Source: Malacoraja senta (lineage: Eukaryota). From it: a DNA stretch of 64,000 nt. The translations under genes were made by a program, and so were the position numbers. The DNA is taken from NCBI GenBank assembly GCA_038087875.1, contig CM075977.1, forward strand, positions 93,744,001-93,808,000. Reading direction: 5' to 3'. The stretch's first letter is position 1; each line of letters opens with the position of its first letter. The notes beneath the pieces are model-generated. The model searched no databases. It was given only the letters and a program-made list of their open reading frames with translations, and was not told the DNA's origin. Below are positions 24,301 through 56,585 of the stretch, one piece after another.

Positions 24301-27300
24301 GAAACTCCTAAATCATCTACCAGGATAAGAAATATCCAATCGTACATCACACTAATTCAAGCCAAATTGATAACGAAAACAAAACTCACAAATGTTTAAT
24401 TTTTAATTGGTTTCTCCTGCTTGCCAACTTGGATGTAAGTTCCGATATTATGGGCTTTTCTATCAAAATAAGCATGCCAATGTTCTCTGGGTGAACCTAT
24501 ACAGTTAACACAAAATGGTACCTGTGACTGAGATATGAAATGCTTTTGTAGTTCTAATGTTTTAGGTTCTAAGCAGTGGGACATTTAAGATATATTGAAA
24601 ACAAAAGCACTTTGCACCTAACATAAAAATAGCCTTGTTTATCATTTTTATTTTGGTTGCCTATCCAATGAAAAGATAACAGACGAACATATTCAGATGA
24701 AGATCAGGGAAACACACCAAGTCTGAGCAAAATCACTTCATCAAAACAAAATAGCTTTATTGTGCATGTTCATTGATCATAGCAAACCAATTAAAAAAAC
24801 AGCATTTGTGATTTTAGTAATATGTTCACAGGTAAATTAAAATATTTAAGTTTAATGTGTAAGTTCACTTTCCACTGTCGATTGTGAAACAAAAGTCAGT
24901 TTACATGTAAGATGGTGTAAATCTCTCTTTCGGAAATCTCCTACAATTTGCTAATTGCAATGTGATTAAAAAAATGTTCATCTTGATGTGTTGGATTATA
25001 AAATGAACCAGTTCTGTATTCAAGCAGAATGCACAGGTCTATTTATTCTGCAGCAGTTGAGAAAGCATATGTTTTCTGTTTTTGATTCTCAGTTAAATAT
25101 TTTGATAATGAATTGCAGATTATTATTACAAAAATGGTAATGGAATGATACACTGAATACTTGCTTACCTTGCAATTATGTAAAATTTAGAATTTAAAAT
25201 AGTTATTGATCCAATTACAGTATGCCATGTCAAATTTTGTCACACCATTGTATAAGAAATCAACTTTTCTCATTGATAAAAATATTAAACATTGAACAAT
25301 GTTGAACAATCAATATTAAAAGTTTCCTTCTAAATGACATTAATAATTAGACATTTCTCATGCTTAATCTTTATTAAGCAATGGGGGACATATTGGCTGT
25401 TCATATCAAATAGGTGTAAACCTTTCACTTAAAATGAATATGATATGACAGTGACTTTAAAATTACAGTTAGTGACTTTAAATTCTGGTCTTATGGTCTG
25501 TGGATAAACTATTAATTACACAACTCTACTATCAGCCTCAGAACTAACCAATGTTCAGAATTACTCAGGGATTATATACATTCTCTTGAGTATCTGTAAC
25601 CTTCAGGTCAATAGTTTACTGCTTTAGCTCTAGGCTGTAAACAATATTTATATTATTCACTCAAATTCACATGATCCCATTCTAAAACAAGTAACTTTTG
25701 ACAATGTCCTGACAATGAAGCACAGGAAATGTTAACAAATTGGAATTTTCCTTCCACCCAGAATTTGGTCATCCTGTAGAACAGCTACACACGTGGGAGG
25801 TCACAACTATCAGTTACACTGTGACTATTTTGTTTTACACAGGGACCTGACGAAAAAGAGCAGAACCCTTTCTAACTACAGAACAGAAAGTCTGACTTTA
25901 CGTGAGTCAGATAGGAATGTACTTAGCGAAAAATTGAGACACGGGATCAAAAGAGAGGTCCGTTTAAAGGATTATTTTGCATGGAAGAAGAAAGCACTAG
26001 CTGTTTGGTTTATATCTGGATTGGAAATAATGGAAAGATAAGATGACCTATGACAGTGCTAGCGCCAACTCTATCTTTGTTCGTTCTCCTTGTTTACCTT
26101 CCGTAGAACATGGGAAGATACGATATTCCGTTTACTTATATATATTTGGATTTAGTCAAAAATCTGCCTATTATATTTTACCCAAAGACGAAGAGCAGAT
26201 TTAAATGTAAGACCCCATGCCACCTTTTCACAGAGACAATGTAAATGCAAATCCCTGGGTCAAAAATACTTTTAGTTGATCTGTATTATATCGGTTGAAA
26301 ATGTTGACGAAAATTTTGCAAAATATATACTCTAGCTTTGAGTAGCCCCAAAGTATCCCCCAAATCTATACTGTAGCGTTCTGTAGTAGCCCCTAAAAGG
26401 ACTTGAAAAAAGTTGCGTCATGATTATCAAATTAAAGTTTGGAAAATTAAACGTTAATATTCATTTTTCAGCAACAGTCGGCTGCTTCTTTTAATATGTT
26501 TCTTTTATTATGTTATTATCTTAATGATGTTTATTTTATTAAAAAAAACACCCGTACCTTCATTTAATTATTGTATTTTTCACCAACGATTGCATGTCCT
26601 TAAATTGTCCTTTTTGTGTTGAAATCTAAGAGTAAGTAACCTTTGTAGGGTTTTTGTAAATAACGAAATTCTACCTGCGGCTACCTGCGGGAATTGGAAA
26701 TTATTAGATACCTCACTCTGAAGAAGGATCCCGACCCGAAATGTCACCCATTCTTTTTTTTCCGGATTTGTTGCCTGACCCGCTGAGTTACTCCAGCACT
26801 TTGTGTCTCTCTTTGGTATAAACCAGTATCTGCAGTTCTTTATTTCTAGATTTTAATTTACTATTCTGTTGACTCATAAAGAAATAGTGATTCTACGACC
26901 ATCGATGACAATAGAGTTCCTCTTTGACCCCAACCCCCCCCCCTCCCTCGCACACGAATATTTTCGTTAAAATGTTCAAACTTAGTGAATCTATATTAAA
27001 TTCTCCAGTCCTCTTTAAGCAATATTAAAAGCGATATCAACCTTCTATATAATGCTGTCGTATGCTGTTTCAAAGGCTGTGGGTGTCTAAGGTAAAAGGA
27101 GACAGAAACCATCTGATTCCAAAGGCGGATCTTGATTTCACTCGCTCTTTAATATTAAAATGTCCACCCGCTATTTGATGGCGTTTCGGATCGCTATCCT
27201 GTATCAGGCTGATGCAATTTATCGATCCGAAAAGTCGACGTTCGCGCGCCTTCACGAATGCTGCTTGATTCGCTGAATTCTTCCAGCAGTTTTATTTTTA

Positions 27301-28159
27301 CTCCAGATTCCAGCAGCTGCAGTCTCTTTATATCGCCAGATACTGATTTTCTTTAAACTGAGGGTTACTCAGCCTTTCATACATTATATTTGTAACTGAG
27401 AACAATCCCAAAGAAAAAAACAGCAGTTAATGTTAGAAATCTGAAATAAATGCAGAAAATACAATGGGTACTCAGCAGGTTCGAACTCTGCTATGACATG
27501 AAAAATGAAAAGAATAAGTCACAAACTTATCTACGTAAAACATTTTCAAGGAAGGCGTGTCAACAATTAGTTGCAATTGAATATGTCTGTGTTTTGTTTC
27601 GTTAAATGCACCACGCAAAAATAATTATTAATTGATTAGTTTAATTTTCCAAATACCTACTCGTCGATGCTTCTTTCTCAGTGAAAGTTAACACCGAAAT
27701 TTAGCTGATTTTAACATTTCTAACAAAGCCTCCAAGGATTTTCCACAGTCGAAGAACTTGGGAGAAATCATGTGTAGGAAGGAACTGCAGATGCTGGTTT
27801 AAACCGAAGATAAACACAAAATGCTGGAGTAACTCAGCGGGACAGGCAGCATCTCTGGAGAGAAGGAATGGGTGACGTTTCCGGTCGAGACCCTTCTTCT
27901 GACTTCAGAAATAATGTTCTTTACAGATTTAGAAACCTTGTCTCCTTATTTTTCTTTAAAGGACCAGCATCACTCATGGAAATAAATATGTTGCTGTGTA
28001 TACCACCGACCCGACCAACACAGCCACGTGATTTTCAGAGAAAGGTGAATCTATAACGGAACTTGTGACTGTCCCAAATTTCAGCCTTGAAAAGTAGAAT
28101 CGAAGGCATTTTTCGATAGGTTGAATAGTAATATATTATTTTAAGTATGAAACTTCAAT

Positions 28160-28216
28160 GGGTGGGGGTGTGGGGGGGGGGGGGGGGGGGGGGGGGAGGA
28201 GGGGGGGGGGGGGCGG
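28160..28216. repeat. Poly-G tract
   Basis: Directly visible. Confidence 0.9.
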
Positions 28217-31200
28217 CTCAAGGTCTAACCGAAACGCGATATATATGAATGCAACGTATTTTTTTAGTGGAATCAGCCATGATCCTAATTTTATTTGGTG
28301 ATGAATAATTGAAGAGGATAACTAATGCCTTCGTTATACAGTTTCATAATAAAGGCGTTCAGGGAATGGTGTAGCTCTCCCATATTTCACTCTTCCGTGT
28401 TTTTTGATGCCAACATCTCTTTGTTGTTATTTTTGCTTTGAGATATTGGTTGCATGTTTAATTAAAAGCAAAGAATGTAGCCACAGCTGTGAAACTAAGC
28501 AACAACAAAAATGCCACCATACAAAACCACCAATATTTGATATATATATTTCAGCAGCAACTATGTCACGTCGACTGCACTGAACAACAGATGAATTATT
28601 CATCTTTTGCAACCCACTGTAATTTCGAAATAATTCAACATTATTTTATCTGAACATGAGCAAAATGTCTTAATTTCGCTAATTTGATTGCGTTGGCAAA
28701 GATTTTATGTGATCAGTCTTTCCTTATCCTATTGCATCTAAAATAGTGTGAATGTAAATCAAAATAATGTATTCGGGAAACATTATATTGTATTCATTAC
28801 CTTGCATGCAGTACACTAACCCCAATTTATTTTAAAACGAGCTTTGCTCCGAATATATGATTTTGAACACAAAAGTATGTGCCTTCGATGCATAAAAGAG
28901 TTGCGATATTTTCCCGATGTACTTTCTTTAAAGTTTAGCAAATTAGAAAAGAGAAACACACTTCGCAAGATCATAAAAAAAAGTGATAGCCGCGCTATCA
29001 ACGTCACCACGCGTGTAAATTGCTAATCTGAAGTTCGATTAAATCATTGCGTTTCACTAGCTTTAATTGTTTATTTCATTTCTAAACGTTAACAGTCATA
29101 TTTCAGCTCACTAATATTTTTAAAAATGCGCTACACAACATCTGGTGCCAATCACCAGTAATACTCAGACGAAGCAGCGAAAAGCAAATGTCATTGGTTT
29201 TCAGGTCATTTATGGAAATATTTCACTGTTCAATATTGGCTCCCTCTTAAAAATTTAAATAACGCAAATGAATTGTACAACGATTGGGTTTGAAACTGAT
29301 TTGTCACTGGACAGCGTTGTAACATGAATGTGGATGCAATAACTGCTGAATCGGGAGGCCTGCTTGCAAACGCGTTTTGCACATTAAAAATCATGTTAAA
29401 ATGTACATTTTAATGCAATGTTCGTCTGCCTCCTATCGAATAAATACTGCATGAAACACACAATTATTGTAATCGTTTAGGATGAAGAATTGGGAACGTT
29501 TTACGGAAAACTCTAATTTTATTATGGCATGATTCGTGCGTTAATGACAGAATAAAATAATAAATGATATTTTGTGTGTAAATAGTTGGATTGAATTGTG
29601 CTAAAGCGTACTGTAAATTATCGTGAGAGTGTGGATTTGTTGATGTTATTTTCCTTTCTTCCCTGTAGCCTGTTAAAATGCGAGAGAGAGCTCTCGGATG
29701 GGGAGACAGTACGGCGTCCAACATTCATTCCTGTGTGCCATGCTTTAACATTACTATCAGAGGAGAACACACACAGCTTGTTCTGTTTAGTTCAGCCACC
29801 TCATCACTCTTCTACTGACCGCGGCAGCACCACGATCTTTACACTCGTTTTGGAAGCGGCGCAGCCGTGCTCCGCTGCAGGAAAGTGTCAGCCACTCAAC
29901 CCGGTGCAAAGTCTCAGCCTTCCTCTTCTGCGCAAAAAATAACCGACCACCTTCCAAACACGGGAGAGCATTTTTTTTTCAATCCTTCACCGCGAGAAAC
30001 AATCGGAATTAAATCCGACCAAAATCATTCGGCAAACAATTCGCATTCACACATCCAAGATGGTGCAATCTTTCCTGCCCCTCTACACTAAACTTTACAC
30101 AATCTAACAAGACTCCTTCAGTACTGAAATAATCAACCAGATTTGCCATTTAGAAAACAAAGTGTAAGTAACTCTCGGACCTATCTTAGAAAAGTTAATC
30201 AGGAAAAATCACGAGAAATGAATACTTTAAACGTGTCAGCAGTACAAACCGCAAGGATATTCTATATAGCTTTTTAAAAAACTATGCTTTAGATGAGTTA
30301 TCTAGATGACAAGCCGACCAGCCACACGGAATGAACACATAAAATAAACGTTTATGCAAGTCAAGTGCACAATTGAGGCATTTAGGATGAACTATGTGAT
30401 TGTAGAACAAGCTGCACTGTTATGTGAACAGGTTCGTGTTACGTGAACACGTACACACATGCATATGTACAATATACTAGATTCATGCAGTTATATATAT
30501 ATATTAATTGCAGCACACTTATTCCACCAATTTTAACACGTTTAACATATAATCCTGGGCCATTTCCTGAACACGATTATCGTTGAGCTTAGTTTTCGAT
30601 ACATAAATTTTACCTGTAAAGATGTTATACTTTATAATGCTTCAAACCATAGACATATAGGCAAGGTAAAGGTATGGTCTATTTTCATTCTTACTAAAGG
30701 AGACACGCAAAAATCGGCCTCATTATATTGTCATCCACAACTTAAAACATTTATTTAGTCGCTATGGTGATTATTTGACTATTTGTTTTTCCATTTGCAT
30801 TCTGTCGGTTGTGCGGTTTGGGTAATGAACCCAGGGAGTAAATTATCACTTACTTTTAAGGTTCAAAGAAGGATCCCCTGGCAAGTCAATGGAAGGTGTC
30901 AGGCCCCTGACGCCGAGATGGTTTAGCTAAACCGATAGACTTTTACAAATATTCGAATCCAGTCGCAGACAAATTAACAGGACAGACTATTAATTAATTA
31001 GCTCTTCTCGTGCAGCCAGCAGCGATACAAAAAGATTTTAACTCCCTCGTAGGATCGGACGTAAGGATTTTACAGAACTGATAACGAAATCAAACGCATG
31101 TCTCTGTTGCTGGATAATGGTAACCACATTGCAAACCACTTAAGAGTCAGAATTAAACACCCGCATTGCCAGAGATATGATGGCGCTTGAATATCGATAT

Positions 31201-32642
31201 TTCTGAAAGAGTAACGGCAGTATCGATCGGGTTGTGTGTGGGATATGCCAGGGAGAAATGGAGATAACTGCATTGTTGCTTTTAATACGCCAGGCTTGCT
31301 GCAAGAAGGACGCACAGAGACTGGCAGTTCTTGCAGAACAGACTAGACAATGTTTTGAGCGTTTGGAATAAGACTACACTTTGAGGGATGCGGACTCTGA
31401 AACTAGGTCTGCATTGAGAAAGTGTCATTTTCTTGGTTTGTAGTCAGCTGTTCAATGCCCGGGTCTGAATTTTCTGGTGTGGAAAGGGTGGCGGACTCAT
31501 TTGCTTTCCAAAGGGTTTCCACAATTGTCTTGAATCGGTACAGACCCCCCCCCCCCGACCCCCGATTCTAACAACTGTTCACCGGGGTAAAATAAATGGA
31601 TATCCAGTTAAAACGAAAACACCGTTAAGTGATCTTGTAATGACCACATTTAGTGAAACTGTACCTCTTTAAATGTTCTCTTTCATTTTAATCCTTGCAT
31701 TTATAGATCTTTGTGCGGCGAATATCGTTCGGACTTTGGACACCGCCAGCGGCTTGGCTAAGATTGATGAAATAAATTTGAACTGCGCACCTGAACTCAG
31801 AGCAACCATTTTTAAGCGGGCAACGTGTCAGTGCGAGGAAGCCGCCCGTCCTTTATAAGACAATGCAGGCAAAGTAGTGTTTAAGCTGTGCCCACCAAAC
31901 TTTGCACATTGTGCCCTCAAGCGTATTCATTCCGGTCAGTTCGCGCCCAAAAGTAACTGAAATCATCACACGACAGGTGGAATGAATGTTTATCAGCATC
32001 GTCTCATTGATTTTCCTGCAACAACGCATTATAATGTATGTACGTCTTTAATTTTAAAATGTCTAGGAGTATAAGGTCGGTGTCACATTCCTTTCCTTGA
32101 ATGTAGTCCGCCGTGCTTTTAGTTAGCGCGTTAATGCCGGAGTTCAAAGGCTCTGCTGTTCCCTCTCCACTCAATCATTTTCACATTATATCCCAAGCTA
32201 TCTTTTTTTTGTATCTGGCAGCCTGTCTCTGATTGCCGCAGTCTTCCCGTCTCTACCTATCTGTGAGACTGGAGATATAAACGAGACGCGCAGAGAGCTT
32301 CAGTCTATCTGCGGGCCAGTTTTGCTAGGGTCATGCTGTTTGTTGGGACTGGCATCACGGTGGAGGCGCTGCGGAGTCCGTGTTTAAGTCAGCACCGTGT
32401 GAATCCAATCAGGATCTCCAGTTTTCCAGTGAATTGTGTTAAAGGCGCTGCCTCCTCTCAAATAGCTCAACAGAGCGCAGAGACGCGCACTCTACCGCCC
32501 AGCACCTAGACATACTGGTCTTAAGACACACTGGACTTCTACAAACACCTGACTGATGGCAATCCACCGTTAGGTCGGCACCTTTCTTTCCACACTTCTT
32601 TCTGATGCTCGACGGACTGGTTCAAGTGTAGCATGACGGCTG

Positions 32643-32973
32643 TGATAGTACTGGATGATTTTGTGCTTATTTATCGTGCCTTTAGCTCTTATCTATTATA
32701 TTTCTTATCTCGGAATTATCTTTCTCTAGTCTGGCGTAACTAAGACATATTACTTACTGTTCGCTTTGGACCTATCTGTATCGATGTATGCTTTCTATCA
32801 TTTCTGACCAATTTATCTTTTGAAACCTTAGAGCTTTCGCTGCGTTGGAAATCTTTTAATTACTTTCTAATTCGCAAGTCTTGGATTTCTCTGTGTTGAA
32901 TAGGGACACTTGGTTATTAACAGGATTCTAAGTGCAAGCCAACTCGTATTTGATATAGTCAGTGCTTTTATCT
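32643..32973. promoter_or_regulatory. Cluster of WGATAR (GATA factor) sites upstream of GATA6
   Basis: TGATAG 32643; TTATCT 32689, 32705, 32716, 32813, 32968; CTATCT 32772; CTATCA 32795. Confidence 0.6.
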
Positions 32974-33167
32974 CGTTTTATAAATCGAGGTCTTCAAATG
33001 GCACAGCGCTAGAGGGAGGGGGAGGGGGGGGGGGTTACACGCTATCGCCGAGGCTGCAGTATGCACCGTCACACGCTTGGCTTGCGAACTCGGTTCGGAA
33101 GGAATGCTAGAGATCTCTTAAACTTAACATTTAAAGGCAGAGTTTACGGTGGTTCGGGTGGCTATCG

Positions 33168-33264
33168 TATAAAAACCTATGCTTGTAAACCAGGTGGGTA
33201 AATGGCAATGTATGGGCGATTCTACAGCTTCATAGTCCACCCGACTGTCGCTCTCTCTCTCCCT

Positions 33265-33308
<44 letters not shown>

Positions 33309-33398
33309 CTCACACCACACACATGCATTCTCTCCGTTAACTTTACGGCCGTTTAACTTTTCACTGTTGTTTTTAACTGGCCTATCTTCCGTGTAAGT
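33168..33398 (+). promoter_or_regulatory. Candidate TATA box and non-coding first exon of GATA6
   Basis: TATAAAAA at 33168-33175 and donor-like GT|GTAAGT at 33393, about 640 nt upstream of the exon 2 acceptor. Vertebrate GATA6 has non-coding first exons. Confidence 0.4.
33251..33312. repeat. (CT)n microsatellite
   Basis: Directly visible. Confidence 0.95.
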
Positions 33399-33881
33399 AG
33401 GCGAGGGTTCTGACATTTTATAAGCAATCTCCTGGCGCGGCGAAGCTTCATGCCTGCGCGACTGTTTCTGCTCCTTTTTTGAGCGGTAGTGAATATTCTC
33501 TCGGGCCAGCGAAAAAGGCCGCCAGTAACTATTTCATGGTCAACATCAGGAGACAAAGTTTGGAGAAATTGGATTACATTGAATAGTCCGTGAACTTTAA
33601 AGTGGTGTACGCTCGGGACCTTTCGATTGAACCACACAGAGCAGTCTACCGCAGGAGATAGGCCCTAGGTGACCTCTGGATAATACCTCAACTCTTTACC
33701 TATTTTATCAAATTGCATTGTACTGCAAGAAAACACTCAGAATTGTTCGGGGAGTTTGTTTTGCAAGGGGTATTTAAGTGTCTGATGTCTCGTTTGTCTC
33801 CTGGGCGTCAGAACGATAAAAAGAGATTCGAGTTAATTTAATTAACAGCGAACCCGAGAATGTCTATCTTACTCTGTATAT

Positions 33882-33912
33882 TCTTCTCTCCCCCCCCCCT
33901 CTCTCTCTCTCT

Positions 33913-33943
<31 letters not shown>

Positions 33944-33988
33944 CCTCTCTCCCTCTCTCTCTCTCTCTCCTCTCTCTCCTCTCTCTCT
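33882..33988. repeat. (CT)n/poly-C tract upstream of the exon 2 acceptor
   Basis: Directly visible. Confidence 0.95.
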
Positions 33989-34066
33989 GTCATTGATCCT
34001 TTACGCTTACAGTCTATTTGTTTTCTCTAGGACTGCACGTTGGCTTTTGGACTTTTCGGAACCTGG

Positions 34067-53254
<19,188 letters not shown>

Positions 53255-54520
53255 TTCTAATTAACACCACCCCTTCCTCTGGCAAATATTTTTAAATCAT
53301 CCTGGGCTCAGCATATTTCACATTATCAGATATGTGGCATTATATAAATGAAAAAAAAAATCACAAGCATAAAAATGGCACCTAATTTTCACAAGATTTG
53401 ACTGAAGGGAACATTGGCCAGACTTTCTCTAACTCTTTTCTCTCCACTGACTTCAACTTTGCAGGACTTTCAACCCTTCCAGCAGGCAATGTGGACAGAT
53501 GACGAACAGCTCCATGGAGTCAGATAACAGCACATCTCTGAACATAATTTCCGCCCTATCTCCAAGGAAAGGCACATCCTCCAGCAGCCAGTAAAGCTGC
53601 CTGTTTATTTTGAATCCATTTAGTTTTATTTAACAAAAAAGCTGTAATGAGTACTTTCGGAATATAGATGGAACAGATGCCAAAACTGATGTGAAGAAAC
53701 AACTGAGGTGTGTTCTGTACTGTAGTCAGGACTAATCTAACATTGCCTCATTTTCACTGTTGTGTGTGATGGAAACAAACCTTCCCACATTACTGTTTCA
53801 GTTGGTCCCTACAATGATTATGTATGGAAGCAAATTATGTTTGAAGTGACTTAGTGACAATAAAAGTTAGTTAATGTAATGTGAGTTCCCATTGTAGTGA
53901 TTGACTTCATGGTGGTCAATGTGTATGAAACAGGGTAACAAGTGGACGCATTCTTCCACGTATTGAAAACTTCATTGTACAAAACAAAATGCAATTAGCA
54001 TTGCAGCGATCAGTGTTAAATCAAAATGGTTCAAAATTAAACAACCTTCTTGTAATGAATGTAAACCTTCTAAGTTAATGGTACTTATGTAATTTAAAGA
54101 CAATAACTACATCAGTATCTGTAACAGGATACTTCATTTTCTGTCTATTAAGAATCACCCGTGTAGTCCTTTTGGTAGTTTGAGAAAAGAAACATTATGC
54201 TAAGAACAAATTTCCTCTCAGGTAAATTCAATGTTGCATTACCTTTTGTAAGTTTTGTAAAAAAAAAATAAACACGTCGATATCGCCTGTCTATAGGTTA
54301 AATATATGCAAGACAAAATAAAATGCAAACTTTACTACCTATGTGATGAAGTGTAAATACTTTACTGAAACAAATGTCTTGAGGATTGTTGGCTTTGATA
54401 ATGCAAAGTGTGTAAAAAGACAAACTGGCGTTTAGGCCGGTCAATGCATTTTTATTGTCATTGCTTGTATTGTTATTTGTTCCTTGAAAACAGATTAAAA
54501 GGTGACTTTTTTGAAAATAA
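53255..54520 (+). other. GATA6 3' UTR with candidate poly(A) signals and miRNA sites
   Basis: Repeat-free, AT-rich stretch after the stop; AATAAA near 53860, 54267 and 54317, ATTAAA near 54494; 8mer seed matches ACAGGGTA 53930, TGAATGTA 54056, ACTACCTA 54334. Confidence 0.65.
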
Positions 54521-54767
54521 TATTGGTTTGTTATCTTATACTTGTTCTACATCTAATGATTCCAGTTTTCAGTAAAACATGAAATGCTCCTTTCAGATTT
54601 CTGATTCAAGCATTTAGGAACAAAAACATAATACACTTTGACTGAATTAATAATCACAATGTCATTAGAAGAGTAGTTTACATTTGTATAACTTTTCTTT
54701 TGATTTATATTGGTTACTCATTCAAATTTGTAGGCGTTGCATTTATCAATTTAACAATAGATAGTTA

Positions 54768-55460
54768 CTAGACTAAGTGGGACCCGTTGGGTCCCTGTCA
54801 CACAGGAGGCTTGGTCCTCCAACGCAATATTCCACCACTCACCCAGAGCCCCCAACTGCACAGGCGCAGCTCATTTCCCCTCATCCCTAGCACTCTCCCC
54901 CCTCCACTTCACCTTTCCTCTTCTTTCCCCCTCTTCCTCCCCTCCCCCAAACCCTCCCTCAACTCTCTCTCCCTCTCCTTTCCCCTACCCTCAGTCACTC
55001 CCAAAGTCACCCCCTCCCTCTCTCCCTCTCTCCCTCCATAACTCCTCTCCCCCCCTCCTATCCCTCTATCCCCAACCTCCCCACTCCTCACCTCCTCCTG
55101 TCCCCCTCACTATCCCTCCTCACCTCCCCCACTGCCCTCCTCTCCCTCTATTCCCCACTGCCTACCTCCCCCACTCCCCCCTCCTCTACTCCCCCCTCAT
55201 CTCCCTCCATTCCCCATCCTCACCTCATCCCTCTTATTTTCCCTCTCCTCCTACCCTCCCCCAATCCCTCCCTCACCTCTCTATTCCCCCACCCTCAGTC
55301 ACTCCCTCCCTCCATAACTCCTATCCCCTCTCCTCCCCCACTCTCCCTCCCCAGGATCCCCACTGCCACTCCTCTCCCTTCTTGCGTGCCCCAGAGGAGC
55401 ATCAGCCGTCGGCGCCCTTAGAGTCAGGCCTCGGATCGGCCCGGAAGCACCAGTAGCCGC
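54768..55460 (-). mobile_element. Putative non-autonomous Helitron (3' terminus and internal purine-rich tract)
   Basis: Minus strand ends GGGACCC-AAC-GGGTCCC hairpin, 7 nt, CTAG, then T; 5' end not identified. Confidence 0.55.
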
Positions 55461-55968
55461 TGTTCTAGGTGTCAACTGCTCTACATCAGTGAGACCAAGC
55501 GCAGGCTTGGCGATCGCTTCGCCCAACACCTCCGCTCAGTTCGCGTTAACCAACCTGATCTCCCGGTGGCTCAGCACTTCAACTCCCCCTCCCATTCCAA
55601 ATCCGACCTTTCTATCCTGGGCCTCCTCCATGGCCAGAGTGAGACCCACCGCAAATTGGAGGAGCAGCCCCACCTCATATTTCGCTTGGGTAGTTTACAC
55701 CCCAGCGGTATGAACATTGACTCCTCCAATTCCAGGTAGTCCTCGCTTTCTCCCTCCTTCCCCTCCCCTTCCCAGCTCTCCCACGGCCTACTGTCTCCGC
55801 CTCTTCCTTTTTTCTTCCCGCCCCCACCCCCACATCAGTCTGAAGAAGAGTCTCGACCCGAAACGTTACCTATTCCTTCGCTCCATAGATACTGCCTCAC
55901 CCGCTCAGTTTCTCCAGCATTTTTGTCTACCTTCGATTTTTCCAGCATCTGCAGTTCTTTCTCAAACA
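55460..55968 (+). mobile_element. Penelope-like element 3' fragment: GIY-YIG endonuclease C-terminal half plus terminal repeat
   Basis: LLYISETKRRLGDRFAQHLRSVRVNQPDLPVAQHFNSPSHS...RKLEEQ...FRLGSLHPSGMNID, followed directly by CTGAAGA...GAAAC at 55840. Confidence 0.85.
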
Positions 55969-56585
55969 TTAGAGTCAGGAAGTCATGATGCAGCTTTATA
56001 GGACTTTGGTTAGGCTGCATTTGGAGTATTGTGTACAGTTCTGAATGCCCCAATGTTGGAAGGATGTGGATTTAATGATTCAATGATTCAACAACACTTT
56101 ATTGTCACTTTACCTAGGTACAATAAAATTCTTTGTTTTTGCATAGGCTATGGAGGGGTGCAGATGAGGTTTATCAGTATGCTGTCCGGATTAGAGGGTA
56201 TTAACAATATGGAGAGGTTAGACAAACCTGGATTGTTTCTCCTGGAGCTTCGGAGGCTGAGGGGAGACCTATTAGCAGTATATAAGGTTATGAGAGTCAT
56301 AGAGAGGCATAGATAGGTTATTCCATCAGATGAAAGAGGCAAAGTTTAAAGGAGATGCGGGGCAAGATTTTCACACACAGGGCGGTGGGTACCTGGAACA
56401 CAGTAGGTGGTGGAGGCAGAGATGATAGTGGTGTTTAAGAGGCCTTTAGATGGGCACATTTGTGTGCTGGGAATGGAGGGGTATGGATCATGTGCAGGCA
56501 GATGAGATTAGTTTAGCTTTGCATCATGTTCGGCAGCCATTGTGGGTGAAAGGGCCTGCTCCTGGGCAGTATTTTCTATATTCAA
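55969..56585 (+). mobile_element. CR1 LINE 3' fragment
   Basis: ERLDKPGLFLLELRRLRGDLLAVYKVMR and CR1 3' UTR. Confidence 0.8.

Noticed and set aside
28160-28216. Poly-G and poly-C tracts as functional G-quadruplexes (also 3486-3562, 46409-46428)
   Set aside because: They could fold, but nothing here indicates function, and homopolymer lengths are unreliable in assemblies.
29400-33100. Divergent antisense lncRNA equivalent to GATA6-AS1
   Set aside because: Plausible by analogy with mammals, but no exon structure can be supported from sequence alone.
34040-34066. ORF track start at TTG 34040 (MAFGLFGTW)
   Set aside because: Non-ATG start; the first ATG is 34067, and MDPNEPDW aligns with the GATA6 N-terminus.
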